A stretch of DNA of 64,000 nucleotides from a virus (Duplodnaviria > Caudoviricetes), in the IMG/VR virus record IMGVR_UViG_3300033069_000781, positions 32,001-96,000 of that record; one strand, 5' to 3'. The position numbers and the translations under genes were made by a program. The stretch's first letter is position 1; every line of letters begins with the position of its first letter. A model generated the notes under the pieces. The model saw only the letters and a list, made by a program, of their open reading frames with translations. It ran no database searches and was not told where the DNA came from. This document shows, piece after piece, positions 1 through 9,780 of this stretch.

Positions 1-2
1 TG

Positions 3-947
3 AATAGGGGGCTAATTCATTGCTTCAATGAGAACTGCGAGAAGTTACCTGACTTCTATGATGATTTAGTCTCACGACTAGATGTACTGCAGAATATGCT
101 TGGCAAGCGTAATGCGGCACCGATCATTACTAATATTAATCAGGTCCCTAAGCCAATTAATTGGCCAGGTGAAATGATTAAGCTTAGCCAGTTATCCGAT
201 CTACATCCCGCTAAGGTCTATCTAAAGAAAGAGAACTTTAATCCCGATCACTTAGAGAGTAACTTCAATGTGCAGTGGTGTCAGGATTCTAATCTAGTTC
301 AGGCCCGTCACCGACTAGTTGTGCCCGTCTATCACAATAAAGAATTAATGGGATGGCAGGCTAGATATGTAGACATGAATGGGGATGGCAACTGTTCGGA
401 TCTCTATCTCTGTCAGAACCGTTTATGCCAGTACCAATGGCGATTTAGTTCCGAAGGTAAACCTAAGGCTTGTCCCAGTTGTGCCTACTCAGAGGTCCCA
501 CCCCAACCAGTAGTGAAATGGTACACATCCCCAGGTGCTCACTTTGCCTCCTTACTCCTGAACTATGATAACGCGAGGGCCTGGCCCTTTGTTGTAGTAA
601 TGGAGGGCCCCAAGGATGTCTGGAGACTTGGAACACCCAAGAGACAAGCCGAACCGGGACCAGGGGTCTGTGTGTTCAAGCATATTCTATCCCAGCCCCA
701 GTTAGTTAGATTACTGCCATGGCAGAAATCTAATGGTCCTATATTTCTATGTTTCGATGATGATGTCTTCGAGAAAACTATCACTCAAGCTAATGCTTTG
801 AGGCCCCATTTCCCGGGCGGTGTAATTCCAGTTAGATTACCAACTGGTAAGGATCCAGGTGATATGAATCACAAAGAGTTATGGAACTCCATCCGAGCAG
901 CGGCCACGGAATATAAATGTGGACTATTTGAGGAGTATAAAATCTAA
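3..947 (+). CDS. DNA primase (DnaG-like TOPRIM), 5'-truncated by the window edge
   Basis: The frame is open from nt 3 (NRGLIHCFNENCEK..., end of a Zn-binding domain) into the ORF called at 96. TOPRIM motifs VVVMEGPKDV, CFDDD and KDPGDM are present; adjacent to polA. Confidence 0.85.
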   Translation, partial: NRGLIHCFNENCEKLPDFYDDLVSRLDVLQNMLGKRNAAPIITNINQVPKPINWPGEMIKLSQLSDLHPAKVYLKKENFNPDHLESNFNVQWCQDSNLVQARHRLVVPVYHNKELMGWQARYVDMNGDGNCSDLYLCQNRLCQYQWRFSSEGKPKACPSCAYSEVPPQPVVKWYTSPGAHFASLLLNYDNARAWPFVVVMEGPKDVWRLGTPKRQAEPGPGVCVFKHILSQPQLVRLLPWQKSNGPIFLCFDDDVFEKTITQANALRPHFPGGVIPVRLPTGKDPGDMNHKELWNSIRAAATEYKCGLFEEYKI

Positions 948-1291
948 TGGATTACTACAGACCGCCCATATATGAAGTTGATTCATCGATCTATTTCTAT
1001 GAGTGTGATGATCCTCGAAGATTGTTGCATACTAATGAGTCATTACCACTGACTATGCGGTATCTAGAGAATAGACCACATATCCTGCAATACTATCCAA
1101 TAAAGAAATCATTACCTTATATGAATCATAAGGGCATTACTATGTGTGATGCATTACCACAAATTAAACAATGGACGAACAACCCATACAACCTGACACC
1201 AGAAACCGATCCATACGACCAACTAACAATGATGGATCCTCCATGGCAGCCACCATGGCACCAAACATTGGGCCACTACAGAGTGAGATGA
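947..1291 (+). CDS. hypothetical protein
   Basis: 114-aa ORF; start overlaps the primase stop (TAATG). Confidence 0.6.
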   Translation: MDYYRPPIYEVDSSIYFYECDDPRRLLHTNESLPLTMRYLENRPHILQYYPIKKSLPYMNHKGITMCDALPQIKQWTNNPYNLTPETDPYDQLTMMDPPWQPPWHQTLGHYRVR

Positions 1292-1383
1292 TTGCTTTTA
1301 TGGAAGAGGCAGTAAAAATAGTTGGGTCTTGGCCTAAATGGAAGAGGGAGGTATTTCGTGGAAAAGCAAAACCCAGTACCTAG
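1288..1383 (+). CDS. small protein with V-x-SWP-x-WK motif (31 aa)
   Basis: ATGA overlap with the upstream stop; MIAFMEEAVKIVGSWPKWKREVFRGKAKPST; paralogous to the next ORF. Confidence 0.55.
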   Translation: MIAFMEEAVKIVGSWPKWKREVFRGKAKPST

Positions 1384-1558
1384 ATCCAAACTAACTGAAA
1401 GCGAACTAGAAGCTAAAGATAAAGCCTTTATGGCCCACTTAGAGTATGCCTCAAAGATAGTTCAGTCATGGCCTGCATGGAAACAGGAGATATTAGGCGG
1501 TAAAGCAACAATAAGACAGAATGAAACAGATAAACATCAATATAAGCTCTGGGAGTAA
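1358..1558 (+). CDS. small protein with V-x-SWP-x-WK motif
   Basis: GTG start 5 nt after GGAGGT; contains AFMAHLEYASKIVQSWPAWKQEILGGKA. Confidence 0.6.
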   Translation: MEKQNPVPRSKLTESELEAKDKAFMAHLEYASKIVQSWPAWKQEILGGKATIRQNETDKHQYKLWE

Positions 1559-4093
1559 TGAAGAAGAATACATAGATCCAGATAATATCGAAATTAGTAT
1601 AAATGGTAGAACAGTTAAGGCCGAATTACCCGATCTAGGTGATTCACTAGATCAAAGTAGCACTGATAGTGATTATATTAGCATTCGTGAGCTTCTCGAT
1701 AATCTTCCAAATGAGTCAATAAAACTACCTGCTGTAGATAATAAAGAAGCCATAGTCCTAGCTCCTCCTATTGGCGGAATAATTTACAGAGGTTCCCAGT
1801 TAATGGATATGCCTCTAGCTAAGTTTGTTGATTTGGTTCTATATAATCAAATCAACTTACCACTAGATGAGAAGTCCACGGAAATAGTTAAGTTTATTCC
1901 GGGGCATACTGTGGCTGGAACAATTGGGCCCTCTAGTCAGTGTGATGTACTAGTTCTAGGTAAGATGCCTAACACCCAGGAATCAAACTATGGGCAATTT
2001 CATCCAGATAAGATAGGGAATGTATGGAAGCCTTATCTCAAGGCTAAAGGGCTCAATATTGATAATTGGTTCCTTTACTGTGTTGTACCATTTAAGGTAC
2101 CGGACCATTTAGCTGGTAAAGGTGCCCTAAAGCAATGCTATCTTAATGAGACCTACTGCTTACTCAGTGAGGTCTACGCCCGAGTCAAGCCTAAGTTTGT
2201 GTTATGCTTCGGTGCTGATGCTCTAACTGCTCTCTATAAACTCTTTGACGCCAAGAAGTATAAGTCAATTAAGTTCACTAACTCTAGGGGATCAGTCATA
2301 ACCTTACCGGATGGTACCAAGGTTATTTGCTGTAACTCACCTGGTATGATCCTCAAGGATCCAAACCAAACCGAGGAGTTCAATAAAGATTTAGACCTAC
2401 TAGTTGAAGTAATCGGGACCGGGGGAACCTCGGAACGTAGGCTTAGTTGTGGTTATCAGCTCATAGATACCTGGGAGAAATTAGAGACCTATGTATATGC
2501 AGAGCAGAAGTTTCAGTCCCAAGGTAAACACAAGAAGTACTCATTGGATATGGAATGGGGCGCTAACGAAACCCTAAGAACAATTCAATTAGCTACCTCT
2601 AATGACTATGCTACTGTTATTCACTTAAGTAGCGTAAACTTAGAACCAACCGAGCTAGGTAAAGACTTATCCAATGTATTGCGTATACTGGGATTAATAC
2701 TTAAACCCAAGGGAATTGGTATTGTTGGGCATAACGTTAGGGGAGATATCAAGATCTTGAGACGTATGGGTCTCGATCTAATGCCTAACTTCATCGATGA
2801 TGGTTTTGACACCATGATCTCGTATCACCTAATACCTGGCAATGAGACCTTAGATAAGCAATTAGAGTTAGTGGCTATCAAGATGCTTAATGTCGGCAGA
2901 TACGATAAGCCATTAAGGGATTGGCTTGCCCAGTCCGGTATGTCAGAGAAGGATAAGGAACTTCTAGGTTATGGCACTATTCCAGATGAGATCTTGATTC
3001 CATATGGTGCCATGGATGCTTGTGTTTCCTATGAGCTCTATGAAGTAATCAGTAAAGAGCTACCTAAGTATCCCAAGCTTGAAGAGCTTTATTACAAATA
3101 TCAACATGTCCTGAATCTACCCATCCTAGAGATGGAAGAGGGTGGCATGCTGATAGATCAGTTAAGACTCAAGGATCTCACCAGACTCTTCCAGACCAAG
3201 GTAGCTGAACTACTCCTAGAGTTGCAACGTAAGGTTAACTGGGAAGCCAGAACTGTTATAGAAGAGAAGACAGTCCGCAATAAGACTAAGACTGTCGCGG
3301 TCTCCTATGATGGGTTTAATCCAGATAGCCCCGATCAACTCAAAGAGATCTTGTTCGGTATGTTTAAGGAGAAGAAGGGTGTTATTACCCGCAAGGCTCC
3401 GCAGGATGCATTAATCCTTAATCTAGTTCCAGTGAAGGCTACCGATGATACGCCATGGATGGATGTAATGGCCAAAGGTAAACAGGCCTCTTATAGCCCA
3501 TCAACGGATTCTGAGTCCCTAGGCATCCTCTCATCAGAACATCCATTAGCTAAAGATATACAGAGATATAAGTTTGTATCGCAGATCACTAAGAACTTCT
3601 TGAGGCCCTTTGAGGAATTGCCCGATGGTACCACTGTTTATGATAGTGGACTAGGTGGTTCAATTGGCCCAGATGGTAGATCTAGGACTAGCTTTAGAAC
3701 CGTACTAGAGACGGGTAGGTACTCTACATCCCCCAACTTCAATAACCTACCTAAGAAGCAAGAGAAAGAACTACAGGCTCTATTTACTAGTAATGGAGTA
3801 GTGAATCCTGGACTCAAATCAATTAAATCAGTATTCATTGCTGATCCCGGTTGGGTCTTTATCGAGAGCGATTATAACCAAGCAGAATTGTGGACACTAG
3901 CGTACGTTTCCAGGGATAAACAGTTCTTAACTGCACTGACTAGCTCAGATTTACACACCTATAATCTACAGAGAATGTTCTCTACTAAGCTATATAATGG
4001 TAAACCTATTAGCGAGTACACTGTAGACGAATTAAATAAAATAAGAAAACAAGTCAGTGAAATAGAAAGCCTTAGAGTAGCCAGCAAGTCGGT
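1521..4093 (+). CDS. polA: Family A DNA polymerase, exon 1 (degenerate UDG-like domain, 3'-5' exonuclease, polymerase N-part)
   Basis: UDG family 4-like segment (VLVLGKMP...KPKFVLCFGADA...RG); ExoI SLDMEW, ExoII GHNVRGD, ExoIII YGAMDA; TGRYSTSPNFNNLP; motif A ESDYNQAEL; DLH. Breaks in motif B at RVASKSV. Confidence 0.92.
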
Positions 4094-4117
4094 AAAATAA
4101 GCCAAATAATTTCAATT

Positions 4118-4126
4118 TGCTATAAT
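4118..4126 (+). promoter_or_regulatory. extended -10 promoter (TGcTATAAT) for the intron endonuclease
   Basis: TGCTATAAT ends 8 nt before ATG 4135; an identical element lies at 32592-32600. Confidence 0.5.
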
Positions 4127-4134
4127 AGAGTTAT

Positions 4135-5118
4135 ATGCAACGGGCATGTGCCATTTGTTCTACTTTATTCGAAGTTTACCACTACACCAATAAGTGCTGT
4201 AGTGATTCCTGTAAGGAGCTATATAGATTAAAGCGTCATAGCTTTAACTGTATAACATGTAATAAAGAGTTTACAGGATCATGTAAGATTCGAAAGTACT
4301 GCAGCCGTGATTGTGCCAATAGTGCCCCAACCCGTATTATTCCTGAGCCTAAGATAGTTCTAGTTTGTATTGATTGTAAATCTGCGATTAAGGCAAAGGT
4401 ATACCGTAAGGTTAAGCGTTGCGCAGCTTGCAGATATAAAATCAAAGGTATTAAAGAGAAGCTTAGGTACAAGAAACTACCAAAGTATGCTAGGAGACCC
4501 AAGTATACTTGTGTGGTATGTAATGAGATCTTTAAATCTGATCGATTGCAGTTCCGTAGGCCTCAATGCAAGGAATGCAGACGTAAACGATCTTATCGAA
4601 ATCAATTAAATCGAGGAAGAATAAAGAATCCAGGAGTTGGTGTAGGCGGTAATCCTCCTACACACGGTCACCTCAGAGGCCCGGCACATCCTAGATACAA
4701 TCCTGACTCTCCTTATCACGGTAAGGATGTTAAGGGATACACTAAGGCATATAGAAAGAAGTGCTTTAAGTGTTACCCAAAGAAATGTGTTGTTTGTAGT
4801 AAAACAAAGCACATTCAGGTACATCACATAAACGCAGTTCGAGATGATTGCAGACCTACTAATCTTGTGCCTTTATGTAGAAAGTGTCATGGCAAAGTAC
4901 ACAGAGGTAAGCCCAGAAAGCCAGAAGATTACATTAATAATCTGAAAGCTATGTGGCCAGCATACGATTCGAAAATAGCAGAAATTGAAATGAGATGCCG
5001 ACTTAAAATTGCGGAAACGAACGAGAAACTCTCACGAATATTAGAGACAACTCGATCTGAAGTATCTCCGTCACAAGAGTTACAGGTGCAGAGCATAGGA
5101 ACTGAAACTCTTACATAA
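4135..5118 (+). CDS. intron-encoded HNH homing endonuclease with multiple Zn-finger repeats
   Basis: CVVC...VHHINAVRDDCRPTNLVPLCRKCHGKVH HNH motif; repeated CxxC...CSxxC units; very basic. Confidence 0.9.
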   Translation: MQRACAICSTLFEVYHYTNKCCSDSCKELYRLKRHSFNCITCNKEFTGSCKIRKYCSRDCANSAPTRIIPEPKIVLVCIDCKSAIKAKVYRKVKRCAACRYKIKGIKEKLRYKKLPKYARRPKYTCVVCNEIFKSDRLQFRRPQCKECRRKRSYRNQLNRGRIKNPGVGVGGNPPTHGHLRGPAHPRYNPDSPYHGKDVKGYTKAYRKKCFKCYPKKCVVCSKTKHIQVHHINAVRDDCRPTNLVPLCRKCHGKVHRGKPRKPEDYINNLKAMWPAYDSKIAEIEMRCRLKIAETNEKLSRILETTRSEVSPSQELQVQSIGTETLT

Positions 5119-5244
5119 GAGAATATAATGTTCCCACGAGGCCGCGACAATTGTTCATTCATATGAATCATTGAAAATTTATGCCCAACTTACTAGGTGA
5201 CTAGTAGAAGCTTTTGATAAAAAACTAAAGCGAAAAGAAACAAG

Positions 5245-5842
5245 GTCCTTTGGCATTCCGTATAGCAGAGGTGCGGCGGCTATTGCCCGCGAGATAAAAA
5301 AAGAAGGAGTAACAGTTGATCCAAACGAAGTTAAAGAATGGATCGAGGCCTTCTATACAAACTACCCAGACGTCGCGATCTATCTACAGAACTGTAAAGA
5401 TGCTGTAACTGATCCTGGCTATCTACAGAATCCCTGGGGCAGATATAGATACTTCCCAGTTAGCCAGGATAACGGAGTAATTGCCGGATTCCAGAGAGAG
5501 GCCCTGAACTTCAATATTCAGTCCACAGTTGCAGATACATTAACTGCTGCTTTAATTAACTTCTATTACTACAGACAGATTAGGCCTGAGATTGAGTTCA
5601 AACTATGTCTCTCTAATCATGACGCAATTATCGTGCAATGCCCAGCTAAACATGTCAAAGTTATGTGTGAGGAAGTGATTCCGTTCTGCATGTGTGAGGC
5701 TTGCGAAGTACCAGGTATTGGGTTAAAATATACACTTGGCGAGTTCGATGTATCAACTCGTTGGGGTGAGCATACCACACCAGAAGAACTACTAGCCCTT
5801 GGGGTTGATAGGAAATATTGTGGATTCAAAGAGAAAAAGTGA
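5245..5842 (+). CDS. polA: Family A DNA polymerase, exon 2 (missed by the ORF track)
   Basis: Reads SFGIPYSRGAAAIA...YPDV...GYLQNPWGRYRYF...REALNFNIQSTVAD...motif C SNHDAII to TGA 5842; spliced protein about 1056 aa. Confidence 0.92.
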
Positions 5843-5990
5843 AGCTAACATACAGCGATCAATATTTGTACCAATCAAAGACTATGAATTATGTGAAATT
5901 GATATAAGTGAATTAGAGAAAAGTGTAATTGAGTACTATAGAAAACTTGGTAAGTTGAAAGATTTTTTAGAATCATTTAAGTCAGATTAA
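5799..5990 (+). CDS. small protein resembling a PolA motif-A fragment
   Basis: ANIQRSIFVPIKDYELCEIDISELEKSV; fills the polA-SSB gap; start uncertain. Confidence 0.45.
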   Translation: MGLIGNIVDSKRKSEANIQRSIFVPIKDYELCEIDISELEKSVIEYYRKLGKLKDFLESFKSD

Positions 5991-5996
5991 AGAATT

Positions 5997-7610
5997 ATGA
6001 ACATTAATGACATGCGAGGTAACGGCGGGTCTGCTCTAGAGGGTGTCGAGTTTGTGCAGGAGTCATCAAAGCTGCATCCCTATCAGCTCTCCTGGAAGAA
6101 GCCTACTATATTTAAGCCATTTGGCTGTCCAACAGATGACGGGCAAGGTATTCAGCCTCAGTTTGATCCAGCTAATCCTGGCCAACTAACTGACTGGATC
6201 ACATCGGCCCCAATCGCTAGATCCGTGGGCCAAATGCGAAAGATCACGTTTAATACGGATCTACCACGGGATGAGCAGTCTCAGTTTAATGAGACGCCTT
6301 ATGAACGCTTCTATCGAGTACTCAAAGAAGCTTCAAAGAAAGATAACCGGATCGAGACACTTCTCTTTAAGGGTGGTAATGGTACAGGGGCCTGCGTACC
6401 CCGAGCAGCTAATTGTGGGATAATGCAGGGTGTGCTCTATATGCACAATGGTAAGGATTTCACCCAGCAGGGAAATAGCGCTAAGGCTAATATCTGTATG
6501 CTCCTGTCTGCATCAGCTACGGGGGCCCTAGCCAATCTAATTGAGTGGAAGAATCCAGATGGGTCCGTGATGATTAAGTCGCTATTTGGTAATCAACCCA
6601 ATATTAGCTTCTATTTCACACAGTCCGATACAGCAACTATGTTACCCCCGGGCTGGCAGGTCTTTGTGGATATGGAGGCTCAACAGGGTCCAAATCCTAG
6701 TGCTAAGCAGAACTCATCGGGCTTCCAGAGCTATACCTGTAAGGCTGTTGTACCACCCCCTCATATCCAGGTACCTACAGTACAGTATAATCTGGCTAAT
6801 TGGAAGCCTTGGAATAAGGTTGTTAAGGTGATGGGGGCTCAAGAGCAGATCAATCTGATCGCTACTGCCTTTGATCCTGCAATTGTAATGATGGCCTTCG
6901 AGGGGTCTGAATTTGAGGCCTATGTACCCGCATTCATCAAGAATGCTAGTAGGGTAATCAACTTCAATATGCAACCCATAAGTTATCAACAGCAGCCACA
7001 GCAGGGTCAACAGGGACAACCTCAGCAGGGTTACTACAATAACCCTAATCCAGCTTATTCACAGCCAATGAACCAACCTCAACAGACCTGGCAGAATCCT
7101 CCGCAGGGGTATCAGCAGCCCATGCAGGGGTATCAGCCACCAGCTGCGCCAATGCAGCCCGGTCAACCGGTATGGCAACAGCCTCAAGTTCAGGGCCAGC
7201 CCACTACATATACTAATGTCCCCCCTACCAACGGGTCAGTTCCGAATGGTATGACTCAGATGCCAAATCAATACCCACCCCCTGGTAATAGCAATCAGTG
7301 GCAACCACCGGTCCAGCAGGTACCACAAGGCATGCCATTCAATATGCCAACCGGTGGCGATGAGGAAATGCAGGGTATGATGCCTCCTATGAATGCGCAG
7401 GTACCCATGTCTATACCCATGAATCAACCTGGAGTATTCAATCCTAATTCAGCTATGACAAACCTGAATACAAGTGGTCCAGTTGGGGTAATCGATCCCA
7501 ATAGATTAAATGATGCTCAATCTAGGCTACAGAGTGTATTAGCTCAGCAAGCTATGAGAAATAATAGTCCAGCTACTACTCAGAATTTTAATCCTGCCGG
7601 TGTTCGATAA
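5997..7610 (+). CDS. putative ssDNA-binding protein with about 200-aa Gln/Pro/Asn/Met-rich disordered tail
   Basis: Lies between polA and the recA-like gene; globular N-terminal ~325 aa followed by a low-complexity tail. The SSB call rests on synteny only. Confidence 0.45.
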   Translation: MNINDMRGNGGSALEGVEFVQESSKLHPYQLSWKKPTIFKPFGCPTDDGQGIQPQFDPANPGQLTDWITSAPIARSVGQMRKITFNTDLPRDEQSQFNETPYERFYRVLKEASKKDNRIETLLFKGGNGTGACVPRAANCGIMQGVLYMHNGKDFTQQGNSAKANICMLLSASATGALANLIEWKNPDGSVMIKSLFGNQPNISFYFTQSDTATMLPPGWQVFVDMEAQQGPNPSAKQNSSGFQSYTCKAVVPPPHIQVPTVQYNLANWKPWNKVVKVMGAQEQINLIATAFDPAIVMMAFEGSEFEAYVPAFIKNASRVINFNMQPISYQQQPQQGQQGQPQQGYYNNPNPAYSQPMNQPQQTWQNPPQGYQQPMQGYQPPAAPMQPGQPVWQQPQVQGQPTTYTNVPPTNGSVPNGMTQMPNQYPPPGNSNQWQPPVQQVPQGMPFNMPTGGDEEMQGMMPPMNAQVPMSIPMNQPGVFNPNSAMTNLNTSGPVGVIDPNRLNDAQSRLQSVLAQQAMRNNSPATTQNFNPAGVR

Positions 7611-7617
7611 GTAATCT

Positions 7618-8937
7618 ATGGCTAAGAAAGCTAAAACAGAGATAGAGACAAATTCAAGTTCTGAAGCTTCCTTTTTCTCCCTCGCCAATAATTCCACAGA
7701 GTCTACTACTGAATCTACTGTTCCACAAAAGCCCACATCTACACCAGCCCCCTTCTTCACTAAGCTCCTAGATGCTAATAGAAAGAAGCATGGATCTAAA
7801 ACATTGATGGTTGGGTCGGAACAGAGAGTAATTGGTTTAGAGCCCTATAGTATTGCATTACAGTACATAATGGACTTGGAGGTTGTACCCCTCCAAGCCA
7901 TTATTAACATTGCTGGCGAAGAGAAGACCTATAAGACATCTATTGGTCTAGAGTTCTGTAAGATGTTCTTAGATCTACAACCCGTGCAAGGTATAGCAGT
8001 AGTGAATAATACTGAAGGTAAATGGTCACCCAGTAAGTCTAGATCAATGCTGGGCCATCACAACGATGTACTACAGGTAATCCAGAACAAGTCAGTAGAG
8101 GAATGGCAGGCTTCCGCTACATCTAACCTTCTACTAATGCAGGAGATAGTTGATAAGAAGAAAGATGCTATAGCTAAGAAGGCTAAAACTTCTGAGTATA
8201 AGGACATGGTTATTCCACCAATGATTATCATGGTGGATTCATTGACTGGTTCTCAATCCGATAAGATCGTTGAGACCGTACAGACCGAGGGCTTCGGATC
8301 CAAGACCTTCCAGGACCGTGCCTTGATTAATCATCAATTCTTCTCAACCTGGGGTTCTAATCTAATCGGAATGCCAGTAACAATTGTTATCACCAATCAT
8401 TTAAAGATTAAACTAGATGGTCAGCCAGGTATTAAGCAATATACCACTAGTGGTGGATCGGGGCCCAGCTTTATGTGTTCCATGGAGATTAGGGTCAAGA
8501 GAATCGGTGAGATCGATAAGACTTACATAGAGGGCGCTAAGCTTCTATGGAAGATGCATCACAATAGTCTAGGTAGGGATAAGAGACAGATCGAAGTCCA
8601 CTATATGGAAGGCTATGATGCAGAGGATAACCAGAAGGCCTACTTTGATTGGGATTCCACTCTAATCATGTGTCTTCTGGAGCGTCTAGAGGAATCAGCT
8701 TATAAGGACAGAATACTAGGAGTCCTAGGGGAATTCAATGAGTATCCCAAGGCTGGCTTTGGTAAGGTCTATAGTTGCGGCAGATTGGGTATAGATAAGG
8801 ATAAGGCTATAGATGAGGGAGTGGGAGCCACTGAGTTGGGCCGCATGTTGCAGACCGATCCAGTCATCCGGGAAGAATTAAAGGCTGCACTAAGAATACA
8901 GAAGGCAACTAAATGGACGCCTGATATCGAGATGTAG
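7618..8937 (+). CDS. RecA/UvsX-like recombinase
   Basis: Walker A IAGEEKTYKTS, NTEG, Walker B IIMVDSL, ITNH, TTSGG...F...RV(K)R RecA signature order. Confidence 0.85.
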   Translation: MAKKAKTEIETNSSSEASFFSLANNSTESTTESTVPQKPTSTPAPFFTKLLDANRKKHGSKTLMVGSEQRVIGLEPYSIALQYIMDLEVVPLQAIINIAGEEKTYKTSIGLEFCKMFLDLQPVQGIAVVNNTEGKWSPSKSRSMLGHHNDVLQVIQNKSVEEWQASATSNLLLMQEIVDKKKDAIAKKAKTSEYKDMVIPPMIIMVDSLTGSQSDKIVETVQTEGFGSKTFQDRALINHQFFSTWGSNLIGMPVTIVITNHLKIKLDGQPGIKQYTTSGGSGPSFMCSMEIRVKRIGEIDKTYIEGAKLLWKMHHNSLGRDKRQIEVHYMEGYDAEDNQKAYFDWDSTLIMCLLERLEESAYKDRILGVLGEFNEYPKAGFGKVYSCGRLGIDKDKAIDEGVGATELGRMLQTDPVIREELKAALRIQKATKWTPDIEM

Positions 8938-8939
8938 AT

Positions 8940-9278
8940 ATGACAAGAGCAGAAGCGATCGCAAATGTGAATAAAGAGGTCACGGTTTGGAATAGCCGTG
9001 ACCTCTTATACGAATTAGCCGTAATAACTGAATATAGGGCTGATGAGAATAGCTGTGAAGTAGAATTAGTCAGGGACGGTAGAGAACTAGTACTAACCCT
9101 TAACAATCTACACCTAGCTTCTCCGGAAGAGTTATCAGTTGATCTAGTCTCTGATGTCTCAGTGGAGACAGTGGAACTTCCCGATAACTTCGATAAAATC
9201 GATAGCGATGATTTTGATAGTACTACATGGGATGGGTTCTCGATGGACACAGAGGAAGACGAGGTAGATGCAGATTAG
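8940..9278 (+). CDS. hypothetical protein, small beta domain plus acidic tail
   Basis: 112 aa, tightly packed in the operon; D/E-rich C-terminus. Confidence 0.7.
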   Translation: MTRAEAIANVNKEVTVWNSRDLLYELAVITEYRADENSCEVELVRDGRELVLTLNNLHLASPEELSVDLVSDVSVETVELPDNFDKIDSDDFDSTTWDGFSMDTEEDEVDAD

Positions 9279-9765
9279 TTCAGAATTCATAAATCACTTC
9301 AAAAAACATAATCTCGAATTTCAAAATAAGGATGAGAGATACTCGGAAACATTAGCCAAGAAGGTCCTAACCTCGCTTGGTTATATGACTTATAACAGGG
9401 ACAAAGATACACTACTCACAATCAATAATGATATCTTGACGGATATCGCATTAGACTCAAAAAAGGTATCGAAACCAATTACTCTAGATCAATTCGTCAA
9501 TGTAAAGTTTGCTAAGACTCAATATGTCAAGGCTTATGATGAGTTAAGACAGAACTGGCCTGATCGTGATAAGTTCGCTTTGATATTTGATTATCATGGT
9601 GATTCCATTGCAGACATGGTAATGCATAACTCAGCTAGTCTAGTACCTGAGGAGTCCAATACTTGGTCCTTCCGGTTAATTATTGGTGAGGACTCCTACT
9701 ATATCCAATCATTGAAGTCCTTCCTAGTAACATTTGGTAATAGGTACAAGAAGCACACAGATTGA
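9268..9765 (+). CDS. hypothetical protein (possible degenerate PD-(D/E)xK fold)
   Basis: 165 aa, overlaps the upstream gene; weak E...D-x-LDSK pattern. Confidence 0.6.
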   Translation: MQISSEFINHFKKHNLEFQNKDERYSETLAKKVLTSLGYMTYNRDKDTLLTINNDILTDIALDSKKVSKPITLDQFVNVKFAKTQYVKAYDELRQNWPDRDKFALIFDYHGDSIADMVMHNSASLVPEESNTWSFRLIIGEDSYYIQSLKSFLVTFGNRYKKHTD

Positions 9766-9780
9766 TTAAGGAGTATACGT

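Larger units (their letters stand above)
4094..5244 (+). mobile_element. Group I intron (IA-like) in DNA polymerase motif B
   Basis: The 5' exon ends in U (4093), paired in P1 (GGU/GCC); the intron ends in G (5244). P3 TTGCGG(5009)/CCGCGA(5142), P7 GCATA(5093)/TATGC(5180), P7.1-type extension, P9 TACTAG-GTGA-CTAGTA (5191-5206). Splicing restores KSVSFGIPY in frame. Confidence 0.88.

Noticed and set aside
4098-5632. polA as a truncated pseudogene or as two separate genes
   Set aside because: Group I intron boundaries restore motif B exactly in frame, and exon 2 is intact through motif C.
5633-5842. 69-aa ORF in the track as an independent gene
   Set aside because: It is the tail of polymerase exon 2 (same frame from 5246).
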